DNA of 64,000 nt from a virus. A program made the translations under genes and the position numbers. Below, piece by piece: positions 31,501 through 40,076 of the stretch. Each line of letters starts with the position of its first letter. The stretch's first letter is position 1. Below the pieces are notes generated by a model. That model ran no database searches. It saw only the letters and a program-made list of their open reading frames with translations, and had not been told where the DNA came from. Location: positions 1-64,000 of IMG/VR virus record IMGVR_UViG_3300045256_000294; one strand, given 5' to 3'.

Positions 31501-31549
31501 GCCCCAGCAGGTGTACGGCGTAGCTGTGGGGGTTGACGTATTCTGGCAA
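28541..31549 (-). CDS. two-domain glycosyltransferase (GT2 + GT7C-like) containing an intein
   Basis: ISDDGS, LLNDD, YGMEHVD; VVPFR, FNKSRAFNVG, HDAD, GGFNEDYWGYG|intein|CEDCDF. Confidence 0.92.
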   Translation of the reverse strand: MPEYVNPHSYAVHLLGPDGKSLKVKPHQRVILSEFFDKYRARGFLRLAQSQQAQAAAPIKVQAKVKVTETARRQTPQSQIQAAAPAQVKPKRADVARARKIAMAAKIGNRKPVPSTHMRPQKQIVGKSLSRDPNELLRYNLDRNNYPVSNGIAVGIMSFNRAGSLRRLVDSIIRNTDLRRTTVFISDDGSTDPATVTYLNELSNNPNFVILRNQERSGIACNSNRLLRCLSRFQYGLLLNDDVEILNHGWEYFYPDVMVKTGMHHFMYRQYGVYGADLGTVVQKNGVSLLRVEDKPHGAILAFDNQFLKTCGYFDESYGLYGMEHVDWSQRVWELGLQDAGFFDVSGSDNYFKLYAEPSAVQERSRLLQEARTKFAHRRPVYVGPSEKSRVPEIAYVVPFRDFERTASIATVMNNLRAQRFPVIHLIMVEQDSQSQIDISQYAPVNHYLVTAPESPLFNKSRAFNVGVAKAPCDMVILHDADMLAQGHYTQAVADILRDYESCHIGSTVLYTTQESMKQINASGIIDAEVKCERVVGYYEGGSLAVTKKGFWKCGGFNEDYWGYGCFLPGNYVLTQAGYKPIETVTASDRLYTHECEFQPIELRSRHYDGTVLDVYVPGRLPIKGVTPNHPFLVQTGPDEFMWRRADTLNNGDVIASTDFLPELVPSYDLSDLANLDLSKNSFDVYAKMDQFCYLLGLYLADGVLQTPDKLRTVCYYLSQSEEFLAKHVERLVQELHPDINVAYHYVKNGCREVRVFNSLLAKTIKAVAGRHQATSKVVSQSFINGLTDRQLSLLLGGGCDGDADHGNGSERRHVYHSSSINLAMAYSGIMRRLGIAHSFGKRSGGSFPGSSDWTFDLCVNREFEHLISTVYTKPSLIGSSSMGRSKFGTVYDIKSRSYSGPVYNFEVADDHSYVVNGLFVHNCEDCDFYARLSGTTKWKEDRMFDFLHLWHSRVSGWHDHHDANKALEASLKRLQIADRVDRQREQLRRIGYSQELAEALK
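28781..29854 (-). mobile_element. intein with LAGLIDADG endonuclease (358 aa)
   Basis: CFLPGNYVLT start, VTPNHP, LLGLYLADG, VYNFEVADDHSYVVNGLFVHN|C end. Confidence 0.95.
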
Positions 31550-31783
31550 AGGTAGCCCCTCAGTTTTACGCAGCCTTGGCTAATCGAAGCTACTACACGA
31601 GCACAAAATCCGAGCCTTGTAGTCTTTATCCCGCCGTAGTTACCATGCACAGGGTCACCTGGCATAAATGAAAAGCAGCACCAAGGAATTAAGTTGGCAG
31701 CGACTCAAACACCACTCTTGGGAAATGCGATCTTCTCTGTACTCTCTACCACCGCGAAACAACTGTCCGATACGATCTATGGC

Positions 31784-32506
31784 CTACCGCCTCACTTCCG
31801 CGTACAGCGGGATGATACCGTCGTCATCGGTGGGGCTGAAAGTAGTGTACTTGCTGGGCTTGATGATGAGGTCGCCTTCGTAGGTCCCCGTGCCCTTGGC
31901 GATGTATTCGATAGCCCTATCATCCAGGGCCTCCACTTTCAAGACCTCCTGGGTGCGATAGATCTTCCCGAAGAGGTCGCGAACCATCCCTGGTCCAACC
32001 ATTTTAGTCATCGCCACTTGCTGGGCAATCTGGACCACGGCGATATCAGTGAGAATCAGGTTCCCTTCAGCATCAAGAGCCAGAAAGAACTGTGCCTGAG
32101 GTAGCTTGATGTAGTGCATTAGCTCCAAGAACAGTTTCAGATCTTCCTGCACGAAGACGAGGGCTGCCTGGACAAGCCGATCGGTGCTGTCTCCATCCAG
32201 GTCGATGTTGTTGCCCTTCCAATCACCGCACAAGACGGCGATTTGGTCCTGCTTGGGGTTCCGGAGGATGAGGACAGCGATGCCATCGTTGCCGTAATGC
32301 CGCAGAACATAGCACAGGTGGTCTTTGAGAACGGCCTCGGCGACGGCCATATGCTGCATCTTGGGATACGGCAACACTTTGGGCAAGAAAGTCGGCTTCT
32401 TAGCTGGAGCCGGCACTTCTGGCTGCGGTAGGCGTCCACTCTTGACCCCGCCTGAGATCTTGGGGGGCCTAAATGAACCAGAGGCTGATGTTCCGGGTGT
32501 AGTCAT
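31784..32506 (-). CDS. hypothetical protein
   Basis: 240-aa ORF in operon. Confidence 0.7.
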   Translation of the reverse strand: MTTPGTSASGSFRPPKISGGVKSGRLPQPEVPAPAKKPTFLPKVLPYPKMQHMAVAEAVLKDHLCYVLRHYGNDGIAVLILRNPKQDQIAVLCGDWKGNNIDLDGDSTDRLVQAALVFVQEDLKLFLELMHYIKLPQAQFFLALDAEGNLILTDIAVVQIAQQVAMTKMVGPGMVRDLFGKIYRTQEVLKVEALDDRAIEYIAKGTGTYEGDLIIKPSKYTTFSPTDDDGIIPLYAEVRR

Positions 32507-32789
32507 GTTGGTGGACCGCAAAAGTTCCGTGTGATGACCCCTGGATCTTCTCCAGGGCGATCTTCCTGGTTTCCTTCTTCATTTCATCCTCTTTCATGGT
32601 GAAGAGGAGGAAGGGTATACCAGCGAAGATTACTGACAGTTCACCAGTGTTCTCGTCGAACTCGGCAACGACCCCGAACCACGTACTAAACCACCCCGAC
32701 CAGACGAGAGTGTCACCGTACCTAGGGACATACTCGGCAATATCCTTGTACTGAGCCAGGGGCGGCAGATCTGGTCGATTCTTGGCCAT
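32469..32789 (-). CDS. hypothetical protein
   Basis: 106-aa ORF in operon. Confidence 0.7.
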   Translation of the reverse strand: MAKNRPDLPPLAQYKDIAEYVPRYGDTLVWSGWFSTWFGVVAEFDENTGELSVIFAGIPFLLFTMKEDEMKKETRKIALEKIQGSSHGTFAVHQHDYTRNISLWFI

Positions 32790-32790
32790 G

Positions 32791-33306
32791 TTAGCTCTGA
32801 GTCGGGACGCGGGTCAGTTTGTGCTGGTAGATGTCGTAACGGTACGTGTACCCGTCGGCCAACCGCCAGCAGATCATGATGCCGTCGCGGAAACCCCCCA
32901 GCCATTGCTTGATGAGTGGGTCCACCCAACTTGTTCCTTCGGACTGGTAGCCCAGGCGAGCCGGCTTCATGGGGACGCCGTTGACTTCGATTTCCTCCTG
33001 GAGTTCGGCGATTCGGGCAGCCGACTCCATTCTGATCTTGATTACGTCGAGGCCCTCGACCAGCATGTCCCGCTTGCTCTTTGAGCGGGTGTGGGCTTCA
33101 ACCCGATAGGTGACATTCTGATTGTCCTCAGTTGCCACCATGGTGGTACTGAGTGGAATATCCATCTGTCGTGGATTTTTCTTCGGGTCGAGTTCGGCGA
33201 CGAGCCTCTTGATGTCGTCGAAATTCCGGACTTCGGCAGGCTTAAGAACCTGCTGCGGGTCAAGACGAAGGGCCTTCCGAGCCTCCAGCCTGTCCAATGC
33301 TTCCAT
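32791..33306 (-). CDS. hypothetical protein
   Basis: 171-aa ORF in operon. Confidence 0.7.
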   Translation of the reverse strand: MEALDRLEARKALRLDPQQVLKPAEVRNFDDIKRLVAELDPKKNPRQMDIPLSTTMVATEDNQNVTYRVEAHTRSKSKRDMLVEGLDVIKIRMESAARIAELQEEIEVNGVPMKPARLGYQSEGTSWVDPLIKQWLGGFRDGIMICWRLADGYTYRYDIYQHKLTRVPTQS

Positions 33307-33742
33307 CGTCGCTCACCTGATGCTTGTGCACGAGTTCGATGTCGTACGTCTTGACTCGACCCTTCTTAGTTAGCGAGAAGACGACGTGCAGATAGTTACA
33401 AGTCCGGTGTATGACGAACACCATTAGTAGCCAATTCGCCAGCCAACCAGTCCAGTGACCGGTCGCAAGCCACCACGGAGCGAACAGAGCGGAGCCCATC
33501 GCCACCCACACGCTCATACAATAGCCGCAGGTGAACACATCATTCACAAACCGCCAGAAGGCAGGACCGGGCTTCGGCTCTTCGCCGTCCGGAATCTCCC
33601 TGTCGAAGTCAGGGTTGGCCTTCTTGAATACAAAAGCCCGGAGGCCGTCGGTGATCTTGGCCGCAACCAAGATCTCCGTTACGGCCTCCGTGAAGATCAC
33701 CAGCAACGCGAAACGAAGTAGGTCGATAGCTTCAATAGACAT
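33260..33742 (-). CDS. DUF1360-like membrane protein
   Basis: Hydrophobic helices; TEILV...I.D.LR and FTCGYCMSVWVA motifs. Confidence 0.7.
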   Translation of the reverse strand: MSIEAIDLLRFALLVIFTEAVTEILVAAKITDGLRAFVFKKANPDFDREIPDGEEPKPGPAFWRFVNDVFTCGYCMSVWVAMGSALFAPWWLATGHWTGWLANWLLMVFVIHRTCNYLHVVFSLTKKGRVKTYDIELVHKHQVSDDGSIGQAGGSEGPSS

Positions 33743-33750
33743 GGCACCCG

Positions 33751-34011
33751 TTAGCTGATGATGAGCCGGCAATTCACGTTACTGCACTGCATGCGTTCCC
33801 GGCCGGCGATTGTCACCACCATTCCAGGATACCCACACTTGGTGCACTGCTGCCTCGGCAAGACGTACTGCCGTTGTACGCTGGCCGGCTGAGCGGTGTT
33901 CTTCTGGCTCAGCTTCCGTTGAATCGGGGCAGACTGCTTGGAAACCTCCGGAGAGGTCACCTGTTGCTTACGAATACGCTGCGGACGATTACCGCCACCA
34001 CAGCATGCCAT
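33751..34011 (-). CDS. small basic Cys-rich protein (MACCGGG..., C-terminal Zn ribbon)
   Basis: GAGGAGG SD; CTKCG...CSNVNC. Confidence 0.75.
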   Translation of the reverse strand: MACCGGGNRPQRIRKQQVTSPEVSKQSAPIQRKLSQKNTAQPASVQRQYVLPRQQCTKCGYPGMVVTIAGRERMQCSNVNCRLIIS

Positions 34012-34021
34012 GGCGTCCTCC

Positions 34022-34195
34022 TCAAGCTCGATGTTTGTCCAGATCGTTGGCTGGCTTGGTGGCGACAGTACGAGCAGCGATCTTGCGACTACCGAGCTTG
34101 CGAGGAGTAGAAGCGATCTTGACCGGCGACATACGTGCCGACCCGCTACGTTCCACCCTCAGAATCTGCCCCTTCCCGCACGAGTTGCACCCCAT
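34022..34195 (-). CDS. small basic protein (MGCNSCGK..., 57 aa; not in ORF track)
   Basis: Manual translation; AGGAGG SD; fills the gap in the operon. Confidence 0.7.
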   Translation of the reverse strand: MGCNSCGKGQILRVERSGSARMSPVKIASTPRKLGSRKIAARTVATKPANDLDKHRA

Positions 34196-34205
34196 CGCCA
34201 ACCTC

Positions 34206-35111
34206 CTAGGTTTCCTCGTAGCTTTGAGGCGGGGTGATGGGATTCAGGAAAAAGGATTGAGGATCGACATTCGCGGCGAAGTCCTTCCAGCGGCACATCA
34301 CTACTGCCGGGAGTTTCAGCGGCACATACTTGAAATTGGCTTTCTTCTTGGTCCGTACAACGTTGAAAGAGATCTCGCCTAAGTAATCATAGGCGTCAAA
34401 CAGGAAATGGGGAAACCAGACCTCTGGTGGGCACGACCCACAGGAGTAGCAACCTTTACCATCACTCGGATAAGCAATCACACCTTCTGGCGCTGGCCTC
34501 GGTTTCAGTACCCTACCACGGAAAAGGTTGTAGTCCAGAGCCACCCAATTCTGGTTGGGATAGGGCCTGAAAAACATCATCGGATAGAAGACACGACCAA
34601 AGACCTTAGTGACCAACTGGACATCATAGGTGGCTTGGTGCCACCATTCAGTGAACTTGGTACCCTTGGGGTTGTCCATCAAAGCGGCGAAGGTGGAAAC
34701 CTCACCGCATTTGGCCTCAATCGAGCAGTGGATATCACCCTTGACAGGGATCACGTCGGCAGTGCTCTCCCGCTCGATGACCGTCACATCACGACCTTCA
34801 ACCCGCCGACGACGGAACTCCTGCCCCGACCAGTTGGTCAGGTAGTGAGCAATTTGCCGCTCGTGGTCCTTAGAACGACGGACGTTGGACTTCCCGACTC
34901 GCGACTGGTTGGCCTTGATCTCGGCGGCAGTCTTGACCACCTTAGGAGGGGCCTTTGCCGCGAGCAGGCCCTTATACTCGTCAACCTTGTCCGGATGCTG
35001 GTTCTTGACGTGCAATGTCCGTCCCAACGTGCTGGACACGCCGACTTTGCAAAACGGGCATGTTAGTCCGCCGTCCCACTCAATTGCCTGTTCGATATGA
35101 AAGCCATTCAC
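34206..35111 (-). CDS. Holliday junction resolvase-like PD-(D/E)xK nuclease with N-terminal C2H2 zinc finger
   Basis: SKDHERQIA, ADVI, SIEAK, WWHQA, PMMFFR; CPFC...TLHVKNQH. Confidence 0.75.
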   Translation of the reverse strand: MNGFHIEQAIEWDGGLTCPFCKVGVSSTLGRTLHVKNQHPDKVDEYKGLLAAKAPPKVVKTAAEIKANQSRVGKSNVRRSKDHERQIAHYLTNWSGQEFRRRRVEGRDVTVIERESTADVIPVKGDIHCSIEAKCGEVSTFAALMDNPKGTKFTEWWHQATYDVQLVTKVFGRVFYPMMFFRPYPNQNWVALDYNLFRGRVLKPRPAPEGVIAYPSDGKGCYSCGSCPPEVWFPHFLFDAYDYLGEISFNVVRTKKKANFKYVPLKLPAVVMCRWKDFAANVDPQSFFLNPITPPQSYEET

Positions 35112-35137
35112 TGATTAATCTCGGTGTAGATAGCGGT

Positions 35138-35591
35138 ATGAACGAAACCACAATGTGTACTCGCTGTCTCCTCTCGAAAACACGCTCTGAGATGGCCATC
35201 AGATACGAGAAAAAGCAAGCGGACCATTCGGAGCCACTGCCAAGAATGTCAGAAAAGAGCACAGCGAACGTCTACCAACAAAAGTAACCAATATAAAGAT
35301 CGAATTAAAGAGTGGCGTAAAAGCCCAACTCATCGGGCTAACATCCTGGCTGTCTATAATTATTTGGCTGAAAACCATTACGTAGATTGCGGCGAATCTG
35401 ACGAAACAATCCTCGAATTCGACCACATTCAGGGCAAGGAATTCCTAATTAAAAAAGGGCTCCGCCACAAACCGATCGGTGAGGTGTTAGCCGAAATCAA
35501 GAAATGCGTCGTGCGTTGTCCCAATTGTCATAGACGTCGCACATACGCATTCTCGGCCAATTTCGGGCATCGTTCTCAAACTAGCGTCTAA
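35138..35591 (+). pseudogene. HNH endonuclease pseudogene
   Basis: CTRC N-terminus; DCGE...LEFDH..K.F...EIKKCVVRCPNCHRRRT in a shifted frame. Confidence 0.75.
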
Positions 35592-36366
35592 CTCCAAGCC
35601 ACTGCACAAAGCCAATTCGCTCGCGGCCGTTGCTGGGAGTCACGCTGTGGTAGGACGGGTTGTGTTGGTAATTGTTGATGAAAATCCGGTTGTAGGTCGG
35701 AACGATCTGGTCCACCAGAATCAGATCAGCCGCACCCTTAGTCCCATCCTTCCAACCACCACCGGGCGTGCTCGTTCGAATACGCTTGTGTTTGGTTAGG
35801 AAGTCCATCCTACCTTGAGGACGGTTCACTTCATAGGTGCCATGAACAGTCCCGTCCACCTTCTCCCAGAGCTGCAGTAACCCGCCGTCCTCGGCCCGCC
35901 ATCCCTTGTTGAAGTAAGCGATTGCCACCATCGTACGGAAACCGGCGTCAGTGTGAACCCAAAAGCCGTGGGCGTCTTTTTGGTGCCACCGCAGCTTCAC
36001 ATCGGTTTCGGTCGGATACTCCATCTCACAGTGGGTGAGGTAAGCCAAATAGCGGTGCCACTCCTCATCGAAGAAAAGATCAGAACCGACGTGCTCACCC
36101 GGCTTGGCGTAGACGAGGGCTCCGTCGTATGGGAGCCACTCACCGGTACCAGGAGCCCGGCGGTCAAGCTCTTCGTTGAACTGGAGTTTCTTGTGCTGAT
36201 CGACTAGTTCCTGGATCTTATGCTCCAGGAAGAAGTTGTCGAGCACGACGTACTTGGCCCCCGGCTTAGCGGCTACCGCCTCGCGAATATCATGGACACC
36301 TTCGGCACTGAGGTAGATGGGATTGATCCACTGATCGAGAACGGTCGGGATCATATAATCATCCAT
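35581..36366 (-). CDS. 2OG-Fe(II) oxygenase
   Basis: VVLDNF, HTD, YFNKGW..DGGLLQLW, PTYNR, YHSV...R motifs. Confidence 0.88.
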   Translation of the reverse strand: MDDYMIPTVLDQWINPIYLSAEGVHDIREAVAAKPGAKYVVLDNFFLEHKIQELVDQHKKLQFNEELDRRAPGTGEWLPYDGALVYAKPGEHVGSDLFFDEEWHRYLAYLTHCEMEYPTETDVKLRWHQKDAHGFWVHTDAGFRTMVAIAYFNKGWRAEDGGLLQLWEKVDGTVHGTYEVNRPQGRMDFLTKHKRIRTSTPGGGWKDGTKGAADLILVDQIVPTYNRIFINNYQHNPSYHSVTPSNGRERIGFVQWLGVRR

Positions 36367-36910
36367 AATGGTGAACTACATGGCACGAATGGCAGAGGCA
36401 GCTAAGACCTTCTATTGGATACCTACCACCCACAGCGTCAGCATACACCTTGGCAGTCAGTCCTCTGAATTCTCTCTGGTGACCGCCGTCACCATGACGA
36501 TGGTGCACAGACAAAATCTCTGACTCGGTAGTATTACACACTTCGCATTTGCCACCTAATTTTTCAATTATGACCTTATGCGATGATACCGATCGCGGCT
36601 TTCTTTAGCACGAGGATGATCCGAGACACTTGGTCGATTAATCACTCGATGGTTACAGTTGCCACATAGTACCCGAAATCCGGCCGGGAATGCATTCTTT
36701 TTCAACCATCGGCACATCACGTTGCCAGATCCGACTATCCTGCGATGAGTATTACCACCTCCACCGATGTGGTCAATGACTAATGCCCCTAGCCTGTTTT
36801 CAGGGCATAGAACACATTGGCATCCACCATAAGCCACTAATACTTCGAGTTTCAGTTTGATACGCCAGAGACGTTATCTCTCTTTGACAGCACCGGCATT
36901 CGCCTTATAA
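36359..36910 (-). pseudogene. tandem HNH endonuclease, disrupted
   Basis: LVIDHIGGGG..HR..WLKKNAFPAGFRVLCGNCN and a second LSVHH..LCHSCH unit separated by a stop. Confidence 0.75.
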
Positions 36911-36913
36911 TAG

Positions 36914-37663
36914 TTACGAGCTTGGATACGAAGGGCTTGACGGTTTGCTGATCGGTGGCCCATAGCGCTCATCCCTAAATCTCTCTGCTGCCATTTCCCA
37001 ACTAGTGATATGGGTTGGTACTTTAGTACCATCCGGCATCTTACCAGCGAAATAGTCTAGATCTTTACGATAATCTTTTCTGGACCGCTTAGCTAACCAT
37101 TCTGCATGGCCTGGTGGGTGTCCATCCACATATTCTAGCTTTGCCCCAGCAGTAGCCCCCGCTAGTACAAACATCTGGGCGATTGGCTTGCCCTTTGGAA
37201 TCAAGAATTCACCGGATTGGTTGAGCAGGAACACCAGACCGAAATTCCCAACACTCCACCATGCTTCGATAGCAGCTTCCATACAGGTGTATGGGCATGA
37301 TCGCTCATTGGCGATCGACTTGATGATGACGAAATCCCCTGGCTCATCTGTAACGGGGATGAACTTGGCTTGGACTACGAAGGAGCCGAAAGCGGCGTGA
37401 TTGTCAACTTCGTAGTGTGATGATCTCTCGATGTGCTCGATCTGGGCCGGGGCGTGGACATCGCCATTCCAGCGGACGATGAACGTCCCCGGTGATAGGA
37501 TGTAGTATCCAAGATGATTGGCCATCTGGAGCGGTAGGCAGTGCTTGGCATGGTTCTGGGTCTTCTGGTTATCCTCCCACCAGTCCCGAAGCTTAAATGC
37601 CGGGACCGGTGCGAGGGACTTATCGTAACCAGGAGCCAGATATAGGCGGAGTTTGTCACCCAT
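36914..37663 (-). CDS. DUF6065-like protein
   Basis: RDWW, HAKHCLPLQMANHLGY, IEAWW, KGKPIAQ motifs. Confidence 0.7.
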   Translation of the reverse strand: MGDKLRLYLAPGYDKSLAPVPAFKLRDWWEDNQKTQNHAKHCLPLQMANHLGYYILSPGTFIVRWNGDVHAPAQIEHIERSSHYEVDNHAAFGSFVVQAKFIPVTDEPGDFVIIKSIANERSCPYTCMEAAIEAWWSVGNFGLVFLLNQSGEFLIPKGKPIAQMFVLAGATAGAKLEYVDGHPPGHAEWLAKRSRKDYRKDLDYFAGKMPDGTKVPTHITSWEMAAERFRDERYGPPISKPSSPSYPSS

Positions 37664-37817
37664 GCTTTAGCTACGTGGGAACTTACGGCCCGCCAGAGAA
37701 ACCATGTCGGCCGCATAACGGGCGGTCCCGAAGATGGCCCTGAGTGAGGCACCATTGCGGAAATCCTGGACAATACTGACCAGCACGCCAGTCTTGCTCG
37801 CCATGGCCACTCACAGA

Positions 37818-38102
37818 TTAGGTGGCGGAGTTCAAGGCACCCTGGTCGTAGGTGACGATCATATTCTGGTCCATGTGGTAGACCACGAAATCCTGAGCCG
37901 CTTCCAGCCGCAGGTAATCATCAACCGTGGGACTACCGGTGGAGTTTGGAGCGTTAGTCGTATCCACGATAATGCGATGCTGGTGCTCGGTCTGGAGCAC
38001 GTCACTGATCTTCGTGGCCGGATCGTTCTTGTTAATCACCTGCCCCGTGTGCTTATTAACGGCGAAGTAGCCGACACGGGCAATGTGGATACCGACTGCC
38101 AT
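37818..38102 (-). CDS. hypothetical protein
   Basis: 94-aa ORF with AGGAG SD. Confidence 0.7.
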   Translation of the reverse strand: MAVGIHIARVGYFAVNKHTGQVINKNDPATKISDVLQTEHQHRIIVDTTNAPNSTGSPTVDDYLRLEAAQDFVVYHMDQNMIVTYDQGALNSAT

Positions 38103-38104
38103 AA

Positions 38105-38884
38105 TTACTCTCCTGGTTCGCTATCAGCGAGCAAGTGACCCAACCCCAGCCTGTGCACTTCCGCGGCAAGCTCATCGTAGTTGGTCACGCGAGCCTTCAG
38201 GCTGTCCGGGTTCTGCTTTGATAGCTTTGTGGTGAGATGGTATCTCTCCCCAATAAGCCAGTCAAGGACATCTTCAGCCGGCCCCACATTATCTTTAAAG
38301 TCCTCGTACTTGAGCCGCTGTTTGGCCAACTTCAATTCATTGACCCGATCGATCAGGTAAGTCTTTTCGTCCACAATCCGCTTGAGTTCCAGTCCCAGGG
38401 AAGAGACATCCACCTTCACCCTGGCAGTCCGCACATTCCCATCCCAACAGGTCGGTTGACGAGTAGCGATGGTGATGAGATCAGACACATACTGCATAAG
38501 AATGTTATAGCGGAAGCATAGAATTACCGGGATCTTCTCCTCGACCAGAATATCCCAGAATTGCTTCTCGCTCTTGAGCCCCCGGATCTGATGAGCCATG
38601 ATCTTGAAGCCAGAGGCGATATCGCCCCGTTTGCGGCTCTGAATCCATTGTTCAGGCGGGGGCTCCGGGCTCCAGAGGATGTCGAGTGCCCGACGGATGT
38701 TGTTCTGTACCATTGCTTCCGGCATCAGGCAGGTCGAACCCGCCACCGGTCGCATATGGTGGTTGTGCGTTTTGGGGTTGATTGGTTCGACGAGACAGCG
38801 AACCCCTGGATGGCTGTTGAAAAGCGAACACAGCAACGTGGAGCCGGTGCGTGGCTGAGACAGAATAACGAATCGTTTAGCCAT
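38105..38884 (-). CDS. sulfotransferase (Stf0-like)
   Basis: FVILSQPRTGSTLL...SHP, GFKIM, R.NIL.QYVS, KYEDF, KQNP motifs. Confidence 0.85.
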   Translation of the reverse strand: MAKRFVILSQPRTGSTLLCSLFNSHPGVRCLVEPINPKTHNHHMRPVAGSTCLMPEAMVQNNIRRALDILWSPEPPPEQWIQSRKRGDIASGFKIMAHQIRGLKSEKQFWDILVEEKIPVILCFRYNILMQYVSDLITIATRQPTCWDGNVRTARVKVDVSSLGLELKRIVDEKTYLIDRVNELKLAKQRLKYEDFKDNVGPAEDVLDWLIGERYHLTTKLSKQNPDSLKARVTNYDELAAEVHRLGLGHLLADSEPGE

Positions 38885-38899
38885 ACCCTACATACGATT

Positions 38900-39169
38900 A
38901 TGAGCGACAACGACATGAACGCTATACTCTGCGATATGCCACAGAGCTTGGAGATAGACGCTTGGCTTAAAGGGGTAATACTATCGCTGAATGGCAGAGG
39001 TGAGACTTATATTGGTATCGATGACCCATACATCATGACCGTCCATTCCCACAATAGCACAGTGGTCGTCCAACACGAAAGAGTCCGGGAGGACTGGTCC
39101 ATTGACCTAGCCGACCCGGACTCTCTTGACAAGTTGGTTGCCGCGGTACGGCTCAGACTAGCGTCTTGA
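38900..39169 (+). CDS. small D-L-A-D-P family protein
   Basis: 89 aa, C-terminal IDLADPDSLDKLVAAVR. Confidence 0.7.
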   Translation: MSDNDMNAILCDMPQSLEIDAWLKGVILSLNGRGETYIGIDDPYIMTVHSHNSTVVVQHERVREDWSIDLADPDSLDKLVAAVRLRLAS

Positions 39170-40013
39170 ACGGCTGCACGAGATCCATGAACTCCTGTTG
39201 TAGGCCGTTCACTTTGTGCTGCATGATGAGCTTGTTCACTTCGGCCTTGTCCCACACAACCGGTTGGGCCAGAACTTTCTGGATGTAGCAGGTATTCGCC
39301 AGGAGCCGGGGACACATCGACAGATCAACGAGAATCAGGTTCCGCCGATAGGTCTGGTGGCCCTTAAGTTCCAGGAATTCAGCCAGGGCGGTGGGGTCCT
39401 TGAGCATGGCCGTGCCCTTAACCGGCCCGATCTGGTTGTAGCCCTCGATTGAGTCGGACTTGTCGCCGACCAGGGCTTTCAGGTGAGCGGGGTTCACGTC
39501 GCCAACTTCTACATCCTCACCCTTAAGGCCGTCTGGCTTGTAGATGCTGCAGCTATTGAATCGGAATGGGACCTGGATCATGTCGGAGTCGTTCGACACA
39601 ATCCAGGTCTTCTTGGGATGCATAACGCTGACGGCGGCGTAGATGAGGTCGTCGGCCTCCATCTCTTTTTTGCGGTACTGGCGGACGCCCATGAACTTGA
39701 AAAAGTCTTGGGCCACGGCGGTGGTACGGGCCAGATTCTCGGCAAGTCCCTCGACGTAGTTGGACGAGGACCGGTCCTTGTAGGTGGGGAGGACCCGTCG
39801 CCGCCAGACGGTTTCGCGGGGGGCGTCCCAGAACACGTGAACGCTGGAGGGCCTCTTCGCATTCATCCAGGCGGCTAACTGCCGTAGGAAAATGACGAAG
39901 TAGTGATACTTGGGGCGGTCGGAGCGGTCGTTCATACCAGCATAGACGGCCCGGTACATGGCGTTCCGTGCGTCTACGAGTAGTGCCGGTCCGGTGTTGG
40001 GGGCTTGCTCCAT
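39153..40013 (-). CDS. 5'-3' flap endonuclease / T4 RNase H-like
   Basis: LLVDA, VFWD, YK.R, EADDLI, SNDSD..Q, ALVGDKSDSIEG..IG motifs. Confidence 0.92.
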   Translation of the reverse strand: MEQAPNTGPALLVDARNAMYRAVYAGMNDRSDRPKYHYFVIFLRQLAAWMNAKRPSSVHVFWDAPRETVWRRRVLPTYKDRSSSNYVEGLAENLARTTAVAQDFFKFMGVRQYRKKEMEADDLIYAAVSVMHPKKTWIVSNDSDMIQVPFRFNSCSIYKPDGLKGEDVEVGDVNPAHLKALVGDKSDSIEGYNQIGPVKGTAMLKDPTALAEFLELKGHQTYRRNLILVDLSMCPRLLANTCYIQKVLAQPVVWDKAEVNKLIMQHKVNGLQQEFMDLVQPFKTLV

Positions 40014-40034
40014 GGCTGGCTTTCAGAGATGAGA

Positions 40035-40064
40035 GCACCAGGGGAGTGCGGACTCCCCTGGTGC
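40035..40064 (-). terminator. hairpin after the SSB gene
   Basis: Perfect 13-bp stem GCACCAGGGGAGT-GCGG-ACTCCCCTGGTGC. Confidence 0.6.
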
Positions 40065-40076
40065 GAAGTGCGGGCC

